Below, piece after piece: positions 15,285 to 31,114 of a stretch of DNA of 64,000 nt (positions are counted from its first letter, which is position 1; the number at the start of each line of letters is the position of its first letter). The notes below the pieces were generated by a model. That model searched no databases. It was not told where the DNA came from and saw only the letters and a list, made by a program, of their open reading frames with translations. Location of the stretch: assembly GCF_009914755.1 (NCBI RefSeq), contig NC_060947.1; one strand, written 5' to 3'. The position numbers were made by a program, and so were the translations under genes. The DNA comes from the human T2T-CHM13v2.0 reference genome, Homo sapiens.

Positions 15285-18079
15285 AGAGATATTTTTTAAA
15301 AAGCAGTTCTGCTTAATTTGGCAAGAAAAAATAATTTTTAAAAGTACTTACAATCTTTTTGTATGTAAATTACCATCAATGAGCAACTGTAACTACTATA
15401 TATTGTTCAGTTAAAAACCATGTTCACACACTAGCTCATCTGAGTCTCCCAATTGCACTGAGAGATAACCATATGCATATGCATTTTAGAGAAGAAGAAA
15501 AAGAACCAGGACATGAATATCTTAACTTTCTGCCCAATGCTTAGAACAAACAAAAAAAAGTTCTAGAGTTGAAATTTAAACCCAGATATAACTCCGAAGC
15601 CACAATGCCTCTGAGGGGGAATGGCACACACTTTTTAGCTTAAGAAATATGTCAGCTAGTTTAGAAAGGGGCTGCTTACAAGATACATTATTTTGCTTTT
15701 GACCAATATAGCAGTATAAAAACAAAACATTTATGCTTTAGAATCAAACTTAATCATACCATAAAGCTGATTATCATAAAAAGACATATATATATTATTT
15801 CTACCAGCACCAACCAAAAATTAAAAATTGCCAAAGATAATGATGTTTTATGATTTTAAAAATTCAAGTTTTCTATTTGATAGTTAATACCCTGTAAGTT
15901 CCAGACTCTTCAAAAATTTTTGTCATATGATCTACCATGTTGATAGAAGCTAGTATTTTTTATATTAGTTATAAAAATAAAGCATGCTTTAAAAGTTTAG
16001 TGCAATTCTATAGTGCTACTACGAACTCCTTCACCATGATGAAACATCCTGATCCTCTCGTGTTTTTACTTAGTGGAAAAAAAAACAGCACCAGTCTTTT
16101 GGCAAGGGTTTAAACTACACACTAAGCATCAAGGATTTCAGGAAAGGGGAAAGTCATCTTCTGTATATAAAAAGCAATATGCATATGGAAACAATTGATA
16201 CAGTCAATCTCTAGCTAAAATCCATATTAAACACAAGCTCCAGCCTGCCTTCACAGAGGAACTAGTTTTCCAGTGTTGAACATTTTGTGGGAATATAATG
16301 CTTGGTTCAAAACAAAAGAAGTTCTAACAAATGTACTGAAAATAACCATTAAATATCAATCATCGAAAACAAGCCATCATAAAGTTCCAAGCTTAACTTT
16401 AGATATAATTCAAGTAAACAAAATAAGAATTTCTGGAGTAGAGGGAAATAGGAGAAAGTTTTAAATAGCTAAATGCAGTTTTTAAGTTAAAACCCTTATT
16501 GAAATCAAAAGACCATCTGAACTTTTTGCTACACTTAAAGAAATAATGTTCCTTTTTAGTGAAATGCAGTCATTATGGTACTTTAAAAGCTGATAAGCAG
16601 CTTAGTTAAAAGGATAATGGCAAAGAAATACTCAGGAAGCAGAATTAGTAGTTAAAGATTAATGCTCTTATGTGTAATAATCACAGCATTAATAACAATG
16701 CCACCAAATATTAGTATAGGGTTTTATCCTCCAAACTGTATTTTCACATACATCATCTTATTTATTCCTCATTATAATCCTAGGAGGCAGGCAGTATTAT
16801 CTATGTGAGGAAATAGGTTAAGAAAGGTTAAATAACTTGCCAAATACCAAGTAATTTGGTAATTCCATATCCCCAATTCAAATTACCATGATAATTCACT
16901 ATCTCCAACTTGGATGCAAGTTTGAAAATGAAGATTCAAGGACAATACAGCAACAAAATGAAACAGGCATGGTCTCAATCAGACAGACTTAGACTTGAAT
17001 CTTGGTTTTGCTACTCACCTAGCTGCACAACCTCAGATAAGTCACTTGACTTCTCTGAGCCTTTGTTTCCTCATCTATCAATGAGAATATCATGATCTAC
17101 CTCACAGAATTCAGTTCTGTTGTTAGCAAGGGTACTTGCCCTATGAACACTATCTACTCTTATTATCCTTCAGAATGATATTTTAGAAGCATTATTTCCA
17201 TCTAACACTACCCCAAACATAAACCTATTTTCACCAGATGCCAGCTCCAATGGTGAACAATAATAAAATTACTCGCCTCCATTTGGCCCAAAAATAACTC
17301 TTACTTAGGGTAGGCAGTTATACACGTGGTTATTTCCATGGCTGTGATCAACAATGTCAGAAGTCAAATCTCTGCTATTAAAGCAAAGCCAAGAATGGAT
17401 TTCAATACTGAACATGATTTGAGTCCAAATTACATAAAGCCAAAATGACTATCATTTGTGTTTTTCCTTAATACTTCCATCCAAACATTCCCATAAGTTT
17501 GTGAAATTCATAAGCTGTTCTAATGTTAAATGGCAAGGGCCTATTATCTTCATGCTTAGAATGACTAAAATAGCAAACTAATAATACAGTTAACAATGTC
17601 TTCTTGGCCAAGATTTCATATTTCTTCCCACCCATTCAATAAACAGAATTTCCAGGATACAGGAGGCATGTAGTAGGTTCTCCATAGATATTTGCTGAAG
17701 AAAAGAAAAAGAAAATGGGGAAAGGGGAGAGGAAGGGAGAGAGAGAACAAACTGTGCTAGGTAGTGAGAGGTTGCCATACGTTTTTTGCAAGATAATCCC
17801 TAGCCTGTTAGAGCTCAGAGTCTATGTAACAAGAATTTAAAGAGATTAAAATAATAAGTGTATTTAAAACTGTGATAGAAACACAATGGAAAGAAACACT
17901 CCCTCTGTAGAGGGAGTCATGGAAAGCTCCAAAGAACAGGAGAAATTAGCTGGGTCTTTCAGGGTCTCTAACAACCCTAACTGAGGAGTGCAGAAGATGG
18001 AAAAAGGAAAGTGGAAAGGAGCATTCCTGGCAAAGTTAAAGGAAGGGAGAACCAAAAAGTGATGCTTTAAAAAAAGTGT

Positions 18080-18590
18080 TTGGACTGGCCTACTTCACTT
18101 AGCATAAAGTTTTCAAGGGTTATCCATGTTGCAGCATGGATCAGTACTTCATTACTTTTTTTTTTAATAACCACGTAATATTCCCTTATATGGATATATC
18201 ACATTTCTCTATCCATTCTTCTGTTGATGGACATTTAGGTTGTTTTCACATGTTACCCATTGTGAACACTGCTGCAACAAACATAAAGCCAGTGACAGAA
18301 GGACAAATGCCACATGATTCCACCTATATGAGGTATTTAAAAATAGGCAAATTCACAGAATCAAAAAGTGGAATGGTGGTTGCCATGGGTTTGGGGGAGA
18401 GGGAAATGGGGAGTTGCTAATCAACTAGCATGAAGTATCAGTTATGAAAGAAGAATAATTTCTAAAGAGCTGCTCTACATCATTGTACCTATAGTAAACA
18501 ACACTGTATTGCACACTTAAAAATTTGTTAAGAGCAGGGATCTCATGTCAAGTCTTCTTACCAACATAAAACAAAATTTAAAAAAATTTC
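18080..18590. mobile_element. L1MA/MB 3' end with 5' inversion
   Basis: Antisense L1 at about 18080-18283 abuts sense L1 at about 18283-18590, which ends in an A-rich tail. Confidence 0.7.
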
Positions 18591-18781
18591 CAAGAGGTTG
18601 AAGCCAAATTATAGTATCTGAACTTGAGCCTCTGAGGAATAGGGAGTCTTGAAAGGACTTTAGCCAGATCATGGTCAAATCAGGGTTTCAAAAAATAAAA
18701 ATAAAAACTGTAGTCAAAGCAAGGAGGATAAACTTGTATAAAACTGGAGCTTTATGCTTCATGGTTTTTAAAAATTATTTA

Positions 18782-19079
<298 letters not shown>

Positions 19080-19098
19080 TTTATTTAGGAAAAGTTAA

Positions 19099-19259
19099 CA
19101 TACTTAAAACTTTTTGGTCTTATTGCTAATTTGGTAAAATAATAAAATGACTGCTTGTTTTGTTTAAATTAATATTTCTAAGTGCATACTTAAAAGTTTT
19201 TGGTCTTATTGCTAATTTAGTAAAATAATGACTGTTTTGTTTAAATTAATATTTCTAAG
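19099..19259. repeat. Two-copy tandem duplication of about 80 bp
   Basis: CATACTTAAAA.TTTTTGGTCTTATTGCTAATTT.GTAAAATAAT...TTAAATTAATATTTCTAAG starts at 19099 and again at 19185. Confidence 0.92.
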
Positions 19260-21586
19260 CTCAATTTTAATGGCACTTAAACTCTTGATTAATTTCAAAA
19301 TAACACCTGTTCAAATTCAATGCTTAAAAAAGTGAACTACTACTCAAGTTCACACAATATATTTGTGAGGCATTTAGATGAAACATGTACGTGCTTATTT
19401 TGAACTATACAGTCTCTCCCACAAAGAAAAGCCCGACATGAGTTAGAAACAGATAACCTAGATGAGGGTCAAATCCTACAGCATTCCACTGGAAACACTC
19501 TGTAAAATGTGTGAGCACAAATATACAAGTACAACGTTTTCAACTGTAAGATGAGGTTAATAATACATCTCATATGGGTGCAGGGAGAACAGGTACAAAA
19601 CGGTATCAAACACTATACACAGTGGCTGTTGGCATGTCACTGGCATTCAGTAAATGTTGCTTCTCTTCCCTCCTCTTCCTTTCCCCTTCAATAAGATTAG
19701 TTATTTGAAGGAAAAAAAAAAGGCATCACTTGCTTACTATTTACTTAAGTTACCCTCAAAGATCTAGCAACTTAAAATCATTTTTTAAAAAGTCCAATAA
19801 CCTTTTCTTTATGTAAACTATAGAGGTTCATCAAACATTTAATATCATTTAAACATTTCACATTATTGAATATAATTATTACATTCATTAGAGAGGTTGT
19901 ACCAAACAACTTGCTCTGCCACAGTATTATAAGCAAGCATGTGTAATTCTGATGCAAGACAACAACTTTGGCAAGTCATTTTTATTAAACACAGGTAAAT
20001 ATTAGGTATTAAGTTACCATTTCATAACAGTTGTAGTGGGGGAAACTGAGGTTTCCTCCATCATGACTTTCACAGTTGAGGTTCTGTTACAAAGGTGGCA
20101 GCTAGAAAAAAAATTAGAAGCTTATGGAATGTTATATCATCATACACTAATATGTATGGTACCAGCTTTCTGCAATTTTCTAAAAACCTGTCTAGATGAA
20201 ATAGAGATGTTTTATTATCAAATGAAGGAGCTAGGCTAAAATCAGGACCCAAGAACCTCACCTAAGATATTTTACAGGGATAAAACCATTATCTATTCAT
20301 TTTTCAAAATCCCCCTTTAATCCAAATTCTTAATGTCAAATCTCATCATTTACAACTATAACATTTAGGTTAGTTCCCCATGATATATTCTTAAAATGTA
20401 TTAGTATCTGGGATTGATTTTTCCTAACACTATGCTTACACGAGATAAACATAAAATAAAGTACTTACACCACTCCCAGCATATCGAACAATAAATAATA
20501 GATTCCCCTGACAGGACTTTGATGACCTGGCAAAGCCCAAGTACTTTCAGCTCAAATCATATGAAACCATAAATCACTCTTTATTTTATAGAACATTTCA
20601 AAATGGATTTCTGCTTTCTACCTTGAAAGTCATTCCATGTGTTATTTATAACCAGTGAAGACCAGAATGGAAAGAAAATTACATAGAACTAGAAAATTTA
20701 CTGTGACTGCTTTAATAAAGAGTAAGTTCTTTTTTAGGAAAAACAGAATTGCTGGCAAGGAAAACTTGATTGAGCAATGAATGCAAAGGTGAAACTACAT
20801 ACTTAATTCATGCAGCCACTCAAAATAATGACATCACAAAATTAAGCAGAAACTGAATTTCAACCCAGGTTTAAGTAGTTTTGTTGATTCCTATCTTAAA
20901 TTCTATAATAAATATTTACATCTTAAGTCTACTTTTTAGTGGCTACCATAAAAAGGGAAAAATTGCAAATGAAGTAGCCTAGGGAACTACCACAACATAA
21001 AGATAAAAATATCATTTTTAAATTGACAATTATTTTTATTCACTCTAACCTCCCCACAAAATACTAAATATTAGTAAATGTAATTTAAAATCTCTGAACT
21101 TCTTCCTCGTGGAACAAAATGTGTATTTATAGCCATGTAATTTTTAGAATTTTTTGAAAAATATACTACCCATTAAAACATTAACTTGGAAAATTTATTT
21201 TAATTTTTAAAAATTCACTATGGTGTGAGCCTTTAGGGATGGCTAATAAAAAGAGTTTCAGTATTCAAGAGTACTGAATTAAGAATCAGAAGGACTGGCT
21301 TCCTGTTTTTAGGTGGATACTAAATAGCTGTGACCTCACGAAAGTCACTTAACCTCTGGAATTCAGATTCCTTATAGATATCCTTATTAGATAAAATAAA
21401 GGGCTTGGAATAAGTGACCCAAAGGTTTGTTTCAAGTTCTGAAAAGTGAATGTTTATGCTAGGTCAACAACTTGACCTCTATTCTTGAGCAAATGATAAA
21501 GTGAAAGATAAAAAGAGGCTTCTGTAAAGATGGCAGCAGTTGTTGAATCTCCCCCATAACTCCCATAAAAACAGACAGTACAATCA

Positions 21587-22183
<597 letters not shown>

Positions 22184-22971
22184 TCACCTTGTGAATGAGG
22201 GGATAGTCCCACACTGAGGAGTAACTGCTGGGAACCTAATCCAAATTCAGCAGGGAAAATAGAGGCAAAGGAAAGAGAAGGTCTAGACAAAACTAGGGGA
22301 GGGTAACAGAGCCAGCAGATTTCAGGCTACATGTTTGATTACCTCCTGAAAACAAAGAAGAGAGGTCTACAGCAAAACAGTTCGAATAGTTTTACTGGCC
22401 CCTCCTTCCTATTGAAAACAAAAGGAAAACATTTTTCACTTAAAAATGAGCAACGCAAAAGGATTTCAGTTGAATCACATTCAATGTACATTGGAAAAAA
22501 GGGAATAAGGAACAAAATAATATCCCAATAGACAATAAAAGAATGTCAACCTCACAAATTAGATGAAAAACGTAGCTAATTATGGTATTATGTGCTAAAA
22601 GAAATTAACAAAATGGTGGCAGCTCTGAGAGAACAACATGAATCAAAATTAGAAAAACTCAAAAGTAAGGTGATTAGAGAACAGGAACATTTTGAAAAAA
22701 TGGAGTTAAAAAATTAAAGAAAAAATCATTTCAGATAAGAAAACTAAACTAGGAAGAGCACAAGACCAAAGAAACAAAATGGATAGATGCCTTAGAAAAA
22801 ACTGAAGATACAAAGGAGGGCACGTGATGTAAGTGTTAAGCACATGTTAAACAAAACAGTAGTTATGTTTAAAAAGGAGAGCCCTACACTTTTTGATATA
22901 TGTTGGAATATATACAGATAGAATGATACGATATTTAGGATTTGCTTCAAAATAACAGGGTTGGATGGTGA

Positions 22972-24074
<1,103 letters not shown>

Positions 24075-24331
24075 TTACAGAGAAAACAAGACTGGCCATG
24101 AGTTGATAACTGTTGAAACTGGGAGTCTGGTATGTGGAGGGTTACTTTATTCTACTTTTTTATGTTTGAAATTTTCCATTGTAAAAAGCTTAAAAATGGA
24201 CGTAGCATCCTGTTTTTTATCTAAATGGAGAAAACTACATCAACTCAAAATCTCTTGAAGTTTTGTTAAATAAATATAAATGTTTGCTGAAGACCTTATC
24301 CTTGCCAGGAAATAATCTCCACTACAACTAA

Positions 24332-24644
<313 letters not shown>

Positions 24645-25277
24645 AATTTTTACTTAATTTTCTTAACACAAATATTTCTATTGTAATTTAAGTGACCAAA
24701 ATGATCTTTTCACAGCAAAGTATACCCCAGGCCAGTGCTCTTCAAACTTAACATAAAATTTAATTTGTGATAAGGAGAATAGTTTCTGTGTTCAGAACAT
24801 ATTTTACTAATGTGCCACATGACCTTTACTGCATTACTCATAAAACTGTGAGTCTAAAATAGATGATGAAAGAGAATAAGTACTCATTTCAAAAATGTTA
24901 TAAAAATGATACAAAAAACCCTTCCCCTTTATATAAAATCCTATCATGAAAATCATTTTACAAAAAATAGAAATAAAAACTTTTCAGCTTTATAAACTAT
25001 TTTTTTTAATGAGCGGGACCTTGGACCAAAAAAGGTATTATCATATCCATCCTATCAATTAAGATGCATGATGTATCCATTGTAAGCACTAACAGTTGTT
25101 GAAGACTGTAGGAAACAAAAGAATAGTCAACCAAAAGAAAAAAAGCTCCATAAACAGGACAATGAGTCCCATATTTGATCTTGAAAATTTAATTTGGAAG
25201 AACACTAAAAAAGACACAAAATGGCAAACCCCAGCACATGCACAAGTATTTCAGTGGGAAATTATGTACCTTGGGAT

Positions 25278-25831
25278 TGTGAAAGGAAAACAAATCTCCC
25301 CAAAATCACTAAACCAAAAGGAAAAGTCAAGTTGGGAATTGTGTTGGGCAAACCTCTCTCCCTTTCTATTCCTAAATAAGATCACTACAAAGATTTTTAA
25401 AAAGCTACATACCTCCCTCACAATTTGCCCATAAGGAAATTCCTTGTGGACAACCAAAGGACAGGCAGAACTCAAAGTCATTCCTCTGTTCCCATGAGAC
25501 AAATGCGTATCTGATGGCTTCCTCCGCCCTACTGTTTCACTACAGACTAAGGCATAAGTGACTATTCCTCATTTGTCTCTTAACTAACTATGACCCAGAA
25601 GCCTCCTCCCCACTTCGAGTTGTCTGGCCTTTCCTGATGGAACCAATGAATTATACATCTTACAAACGTTGATTAATGTTTCATGTCTCCCTAAAACGTG
25701 TAAAATCAAGCTGTGCCCCTACCGCCTGGGGCACGTCATCAGGACCTGAGGCTGTGCCACAGGTGCATCCTTAACCTTGGTAAAATAAACTTTCTAAATT
25801 AATTTGGTAATCTAAATTATTTTGGTTTACA
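25278..25831 (+). mobile_element. MER4A-like solo LTR
   Basis: TGTGAAAGGAAAA...TTTGGTTTACA with a 4-bp TSD GGAT. Confidence 0.85.
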
Positions 25832-26802
25832 GGATCAATGAAGAATTCCTACTGAAGCAAATCATTTCTTAAAATGTAACTGTAATCTCTGATCCCATTT
25901 CTGGCCATTGCTTTAGTGGTTGATTCTCTCTTCAGTTTTAAGGGATAAACACAACCAGGTCATTCCGTTCACCTTCATCAAAAGAAGGTTTGCAAGCTGA
26001 CACAGATGTCATGATGCTGTCAATAATAAGAAGCTGACATCATGAGGTTACTGCTGGAATCAGGATTTTAATGTCAACAATGATAACTCTCCAAAATAAA
26101 ACAACTGCCAACCACAAACCCAGGTTAAAATAATCTCATCTTGATACTATGAGCTATTTTTTCAATTGAAAGATTCTAGCAAACTTAATCTAATACCTCA
26201 ACCTTAGTCAGAAAAACTTTCGTCTTAACTGTTTCACCTACATCAAACTTAGCTGAGCCTCAGGCTTCACATTTGAAAAATGGAGATGATATAGTATCTA
26301 CTGCAGGGTTACTGTGAAAATGAGACAATGCATTGTAGGGGCTTATCACCGTGCTTGGCATATAACAAATGTTAGACAATATTTTTCATGTGTTTGACAG
26401 TGTGTTGTAGGTACTAAAAACAATTTTCTAATTATCATTGATTTTGCTTACATAGCTTAAACCAAAGTAACACAGGTGTAGAAAATAAGGATTTGAACTC
26501 ACAGCTCAGCATCTTCTTAATATGCCTCATATCCATGTGTAGAACTTTATTTTCTCTATACTTTAGCTTGTGTAAATTTTCTCATGATGATTTTAAATCC
26601 ACATAAATAAGACTAGTTTAACAAATGTGCAAAGTCAGATCACAAAAACATGATTCAAAACATTTCAAAGCAATATAAAATGATTAAAACCACCATTAAC
26701 TAGTAGCCATAATAACTCAATGAGAACACTGGCCTAGACCAAAAAAAAAAAAAAAAAAAAGACAGGTGAGAATACTCAAAAGAAAGAGTAGAAGTTAGTG
26801 AG

Positions 26803-27766
26803 TGACAGGGACAGGAGGCAGGGAAATTCTAGGCAGAAAAGGGCAGGTCCCTGAGAAAACCCCACCCTCAAGCCTGAAACCATGACGCAAAGTGAGAACT
26901 TATATCCCCATTTTCCCGTGCGAATGTTGCCTTTTCCGAAACCACTTACGGCCCACCCCACACCCCATCCTGTGTACATAAAAACCCCAGGCTCAGCCAG
27001 CAGAGAGAAGAGAAGCAGTTGGACATTAGAGACTACAGCTGGACATCAGAGAGAAGTGGCTCGACTTCAGAGGGACACCTTGACAGCGTAACTTCGAAGA
27101 AGAATCTGGCCAGAGACAGCTGGCATTCAGGGGAAGACTACCTTCCTGCCCTTTGCAGCTCCCCTTCCCACTAAGAGCCATCTCCATCAGCAATAAGATC
27201 CCCTACATTTACCATCCTTCAATTCATTCATGTGACCTCATTTCTCCTGGATGCCGGACAAGAGCTCGGGAACGATGAGTGTGGACACAAAAAGGCTGTC
27301 ACACTTGCCCTTTGCCCTCACTGGTAGAAGGCAGCCGATTAACACAAAAAGGCAGAGGGCCCACTGAGCTGTTAACCCTTAAGCCGTCTGCGGACAGCAG
27401 AGCTAAAAGAGCACTGTAACATTCCCTCTGGAGCTTCAGGGGTTGCAGGCACCACCCCCGGAGATGCTACCACAGGGCCAGCACAGAGTTGACTCCTGCC
27501 AGTGCCCAAAAGCACTCGCCCCGGCTCCTGCACCCACTCAACTGCACATCCCCTCTTGTGAGGGGTGAAACACAGCAGGTCCGAGTGAGTGGAGTTCATT
27601 CCTCCTGGCACAAGAGCGGCAGGCTGACTCCAGCACTCATGTATTCCAGTTCCTGCCTTGTTCACTCACGTGCTCCCTCCTATGAGGAGTTGAAAGCGGT
27701 GGGCTGAGTAAACAGGGTGCTCCCTTCACAAGTCCCATGAAGGGGTCAGGAAAATATCCTGCTTCA
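26803..27766 (+). mobile_element. ERV1 solo LTR (LTR28/LTR1 group)
   Basis: TGACAGGGACAGGAGGCAGGGAAATTC...AATATCCTGCTTCA. Related to the LTR at 1-622. Confidence 0.78.
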
Positions 27767-28897
27767 CCAGTACTTTTTAAAATGTGATAAAAACCAAATC
27801 AGTCAAGGAATACATTACCAACTTCAGCTCCTGATAAAATCCAGTATGAGATGAAACACTTATTTAAGCACCATACTGGCCAAGCTGCCTCTGGTCTCTT
27901 CTCCTGTCTGTTTGCAAACTGTTCTTTTCAAAAACACCCTCAATATGATAACATGCTAGCTCTCATAATCATGCTCTAAAAAAGCAGTATCTGTGATAAA
28001 TTATCAACTCTTTTTACACCAAACCTTAAATGAAATTATTAGAAAAGCAAAAACAAAACATCAACCTTTCAATGTATCCCTATTTTGCTGGCCACAACTA
28101 AACGCCCCCAAAATGTTTCCAATGAGCACCAACAGTGATTTTTAGCCTATTTTACTTTTAAATATATTTATATACAGAACAGGCACAGACTAACTTTTTA
28201 GTTAAAGAATGCACTGAGACTGAATAGCAGATGATTTAGCATGAGTTAACAGGTCAATTATATGGAATTATAATTGTTTCTGTGCATTGGGATTTTATGT
28301 TAAACATGAGAATGTAATGGTGGGCTGCCATATTTGAATTTAATTACTGTAGCCTGTTATCCAAAACATCATGAAAACACTGGAGAAAATGAGAAAAATG
28401 ACATGAGGCATGGGAGATGAAAATGATGCTGCAGAGGAAATTATGGCAACAGATGTGGCTCTCTCTGAGGTATTGGCTCAAATTCATGATTTACAGAGAA
28501 GGGTAAGCATCTCCCAGAGAGTCTTCTCCAGAGTTAGATAACTCTTTACTTTTCTAGGTATTGGAAGCAAACAAAAACATACTTTTCCATCAATAAATGC
28601 CTGAAGAAGTGCAAAGCATTTTTCAGAACAGCAAAATCTGCAGGCTATCTTTCACTCCTATAGCATCTCTTACGCTGACAACGGAGTGTTTCATACTATA
28701 CCTCAAATAAGACCGATACTAAATCTGTTCCAAAAACTATGAGGAAAACAAATGATAAATAATGCAAGCTGGTGAACAAAAGAGAAGACAACAAAGAAAG
28801 GACTTTTGAAATACCATTTCACTCCTACTCACTATGTCATTCAGCTGATCAATATACTCTATGCTTTAAATTTTTTGAACCTGCCCTCCCCAAAAAC

Positions 28898-28945
28898 ATA
28901 TGTGTGTATGTGTGTTTATGTATATATATATATGTTATATATATG

Positions 28946-28978
<33 letters not shown>

Positions 28979-28991
28979 CATATATATATAA
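28898..28991. repeat. (TG)n/(TA)n microsatellite
   Basis: Read directly. Confidence 0.95.
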
Positions 28992-29506
28992 AAAACAACA
29001 TTCATCCTTACTACATGCATTCTGATATATTCTACCTCATTTTTATAATGCTGGAATTCACTCCATGATCCACTAATAGGTGGCATCTTACAATTTTTAA
29101 AAATCCACTGTAGACAATAGATGTGAAGATTTTGGAAGTACACAGGGAGGACTATGGACATCCTGTGATGTGAGAACCACATTCAGGCATCCTGGGAGAA
29201 GATTAAGTTAGAAATATAGGAAATCACTTGTGTTAAGGCTGGCACAAACAGATATTTGGTAAATATCAGTTTTCACAACTCCTCCTGCAATATTACTATC
29301 CCCCAAGGCTTACAGAAGTGATGCTATTCCAACATCATCATAAGTCAATGAGCTGCCAGTCAAGGTTAACTACCTTAATGTTTAAATTCACCAACATCAA
29401 GGAATGGGACTGGAACATCCCAACATCAAGGAAAGGCTACTTAAGTGACCTTTTCTGAAAAAAGCAGCCTATCATTTTTAAGAAAATGCCTTTTCTAATC
29501 AGTCAC

Positions 29507-30227
29507 TGTATTAGGCTGTTCCTGTGTTGCCATAAAGGAATGCCTGAAACTGGGTAATTTATAAAGAAAAGAGGTTTAATTGGCTCAGGGTTCTGCAGGC
29601 TGTACAAGCATGGTACAGGCATCTGCTCGGCTTCTAGGGAGGCCTGAGGGAGCTTTTAGTCATAGCAGAAGGCAAAGGGGAAGCAGGCATCTCCCTTGGT
29701 GAGAGGCAAGGCAAGCAAGTGTGGGGAGATGCCACACACTTTTAAACAACCAGTCGACCAGGCACAGTGGCTCCCATCTGTAATCCCAGCAATTTGGGCC
29801 ACCAAGGCAGGTAGATTGCTTGAGTTCAGAAGTGCAAAACCAGCCTGGGCAACATAGGCAGACCCCATCTCTACAAAAATAAAAAAAAAAAAATTAGCCA
29901 GGCATGGTGATGCATGTCTGTAATCTCAGCTACTCAGGAGTCTGAGGTGGGAGGATTGCTTGGGCCCAGGAGGTTAAGGCTGCAGTGGGCCATGATTGTG
30001 CCACTGCACTCCAACTAGGGTGACAGAGCAAGACCCTGTCTCAAAAAAAAAATTAAAAAATAAACCACCAGATCCTGCAAGAACGAATTCACTATTACAA
30101 GAAGAGTACCAAGCCATGAGGGATCCACTCCCATGACCCAAACACATCCCATCAGGCCCCACCTCCGACAACGAGGATAACATTTCAACATGAGATTTGG
30201 GCAGGACAAATATCTAAACCGTATCAG
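29507..30227 (-). mobile_element. MST (MSTB-like) LTR with a nested AluJ (about 29757-30060, plus strand)
   Basis: TGTATTAGGCTGTTCCTGTGTTGCCATAAAGGAA...AACCGTATCA. The Alu is flanked by TAAAC(A/C)ACCAG. Confidence 0.85.
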
Positions 30228-30630
30228 CCATTTTTATAGGAAAATTTCTGAAGTATATGAAACACTGACTTTCCTTCTTAAAAAGACTACACAGAACAGA
30301 ATTTAGCCTTTTCTCAAGGACATGGTGTCATAAATAGATATATACAATGGTAATTTTAGGGCTGGTAGATCCCTACCTTGGAGATCATCTATTGAAATTT
30401 CTCACTTTACAGATGAACTAAATGATGTCACAAGAAATTCTGTAATTTTCCCAAAATCACACAATAGGATGGTCATGTGATTATCATACACCATGCTGCC
30501 ACATCTACTACTGTATGGTGCTAAACACTATCTAGCAAGATAATCAGGATTTAGGGGCAGTACTCCTTATAATTTCCATGTTTATCTTTGCTATCCCTTC
30601 TCTTTCCCCATAATCTTTAGCAATAAAACT

Positions 30631-31114
30631 TTTTTTTTTTTTTGAGATAGGGTCTTGCTCTGTTGCCCAGGCTGAAGTGCAGTGACACAACTATAGCTCA
30701 CTGCAGCCTCAAACTCCCAGTTTCAGGCAATCCTCCCACCTCAGCCTTCCAAGTAGCTGGGACTACAGGCACGTGTCACCATACCCAATTAATTTTTGTA
30801 TTTTTTTTGTAGAAATACAGTTTTGCTGTGTCACCCATTTCAGCTACTTGGGAGGCTGAGGTTTCAAACTCCTGAGCTCAAGCAATCCACCTGCCTCGGC
30901 TTCCCCAAGTGCTGGGATTACAGGCCTGAGCCACTGCACCTGGCCAATGAAACTTTTTTTTTTTTTTGAGACAGTCTCACTCTGTTTCTCTGACTAGAGT
31001 GCAGTGGTGCCATCTAAGCTCACTGCAACCTCCGCCTTCCAGGATCAAGGGATGCCTGTGCCTTAGCCTATAGAGTAATGGGGATTACAGGCCCGTGCCA
31101 CCATGCTTGGCTAA
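30631..31114 (-). mobile_element. AluJ (30631-30944) followed by an Alu right-arm monomer (30955-31114)
   Basis: Two T-tracts. CAAT(A/G)AAACT occurs at 30621, 30945 and 31115. Confidence 0.9.
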
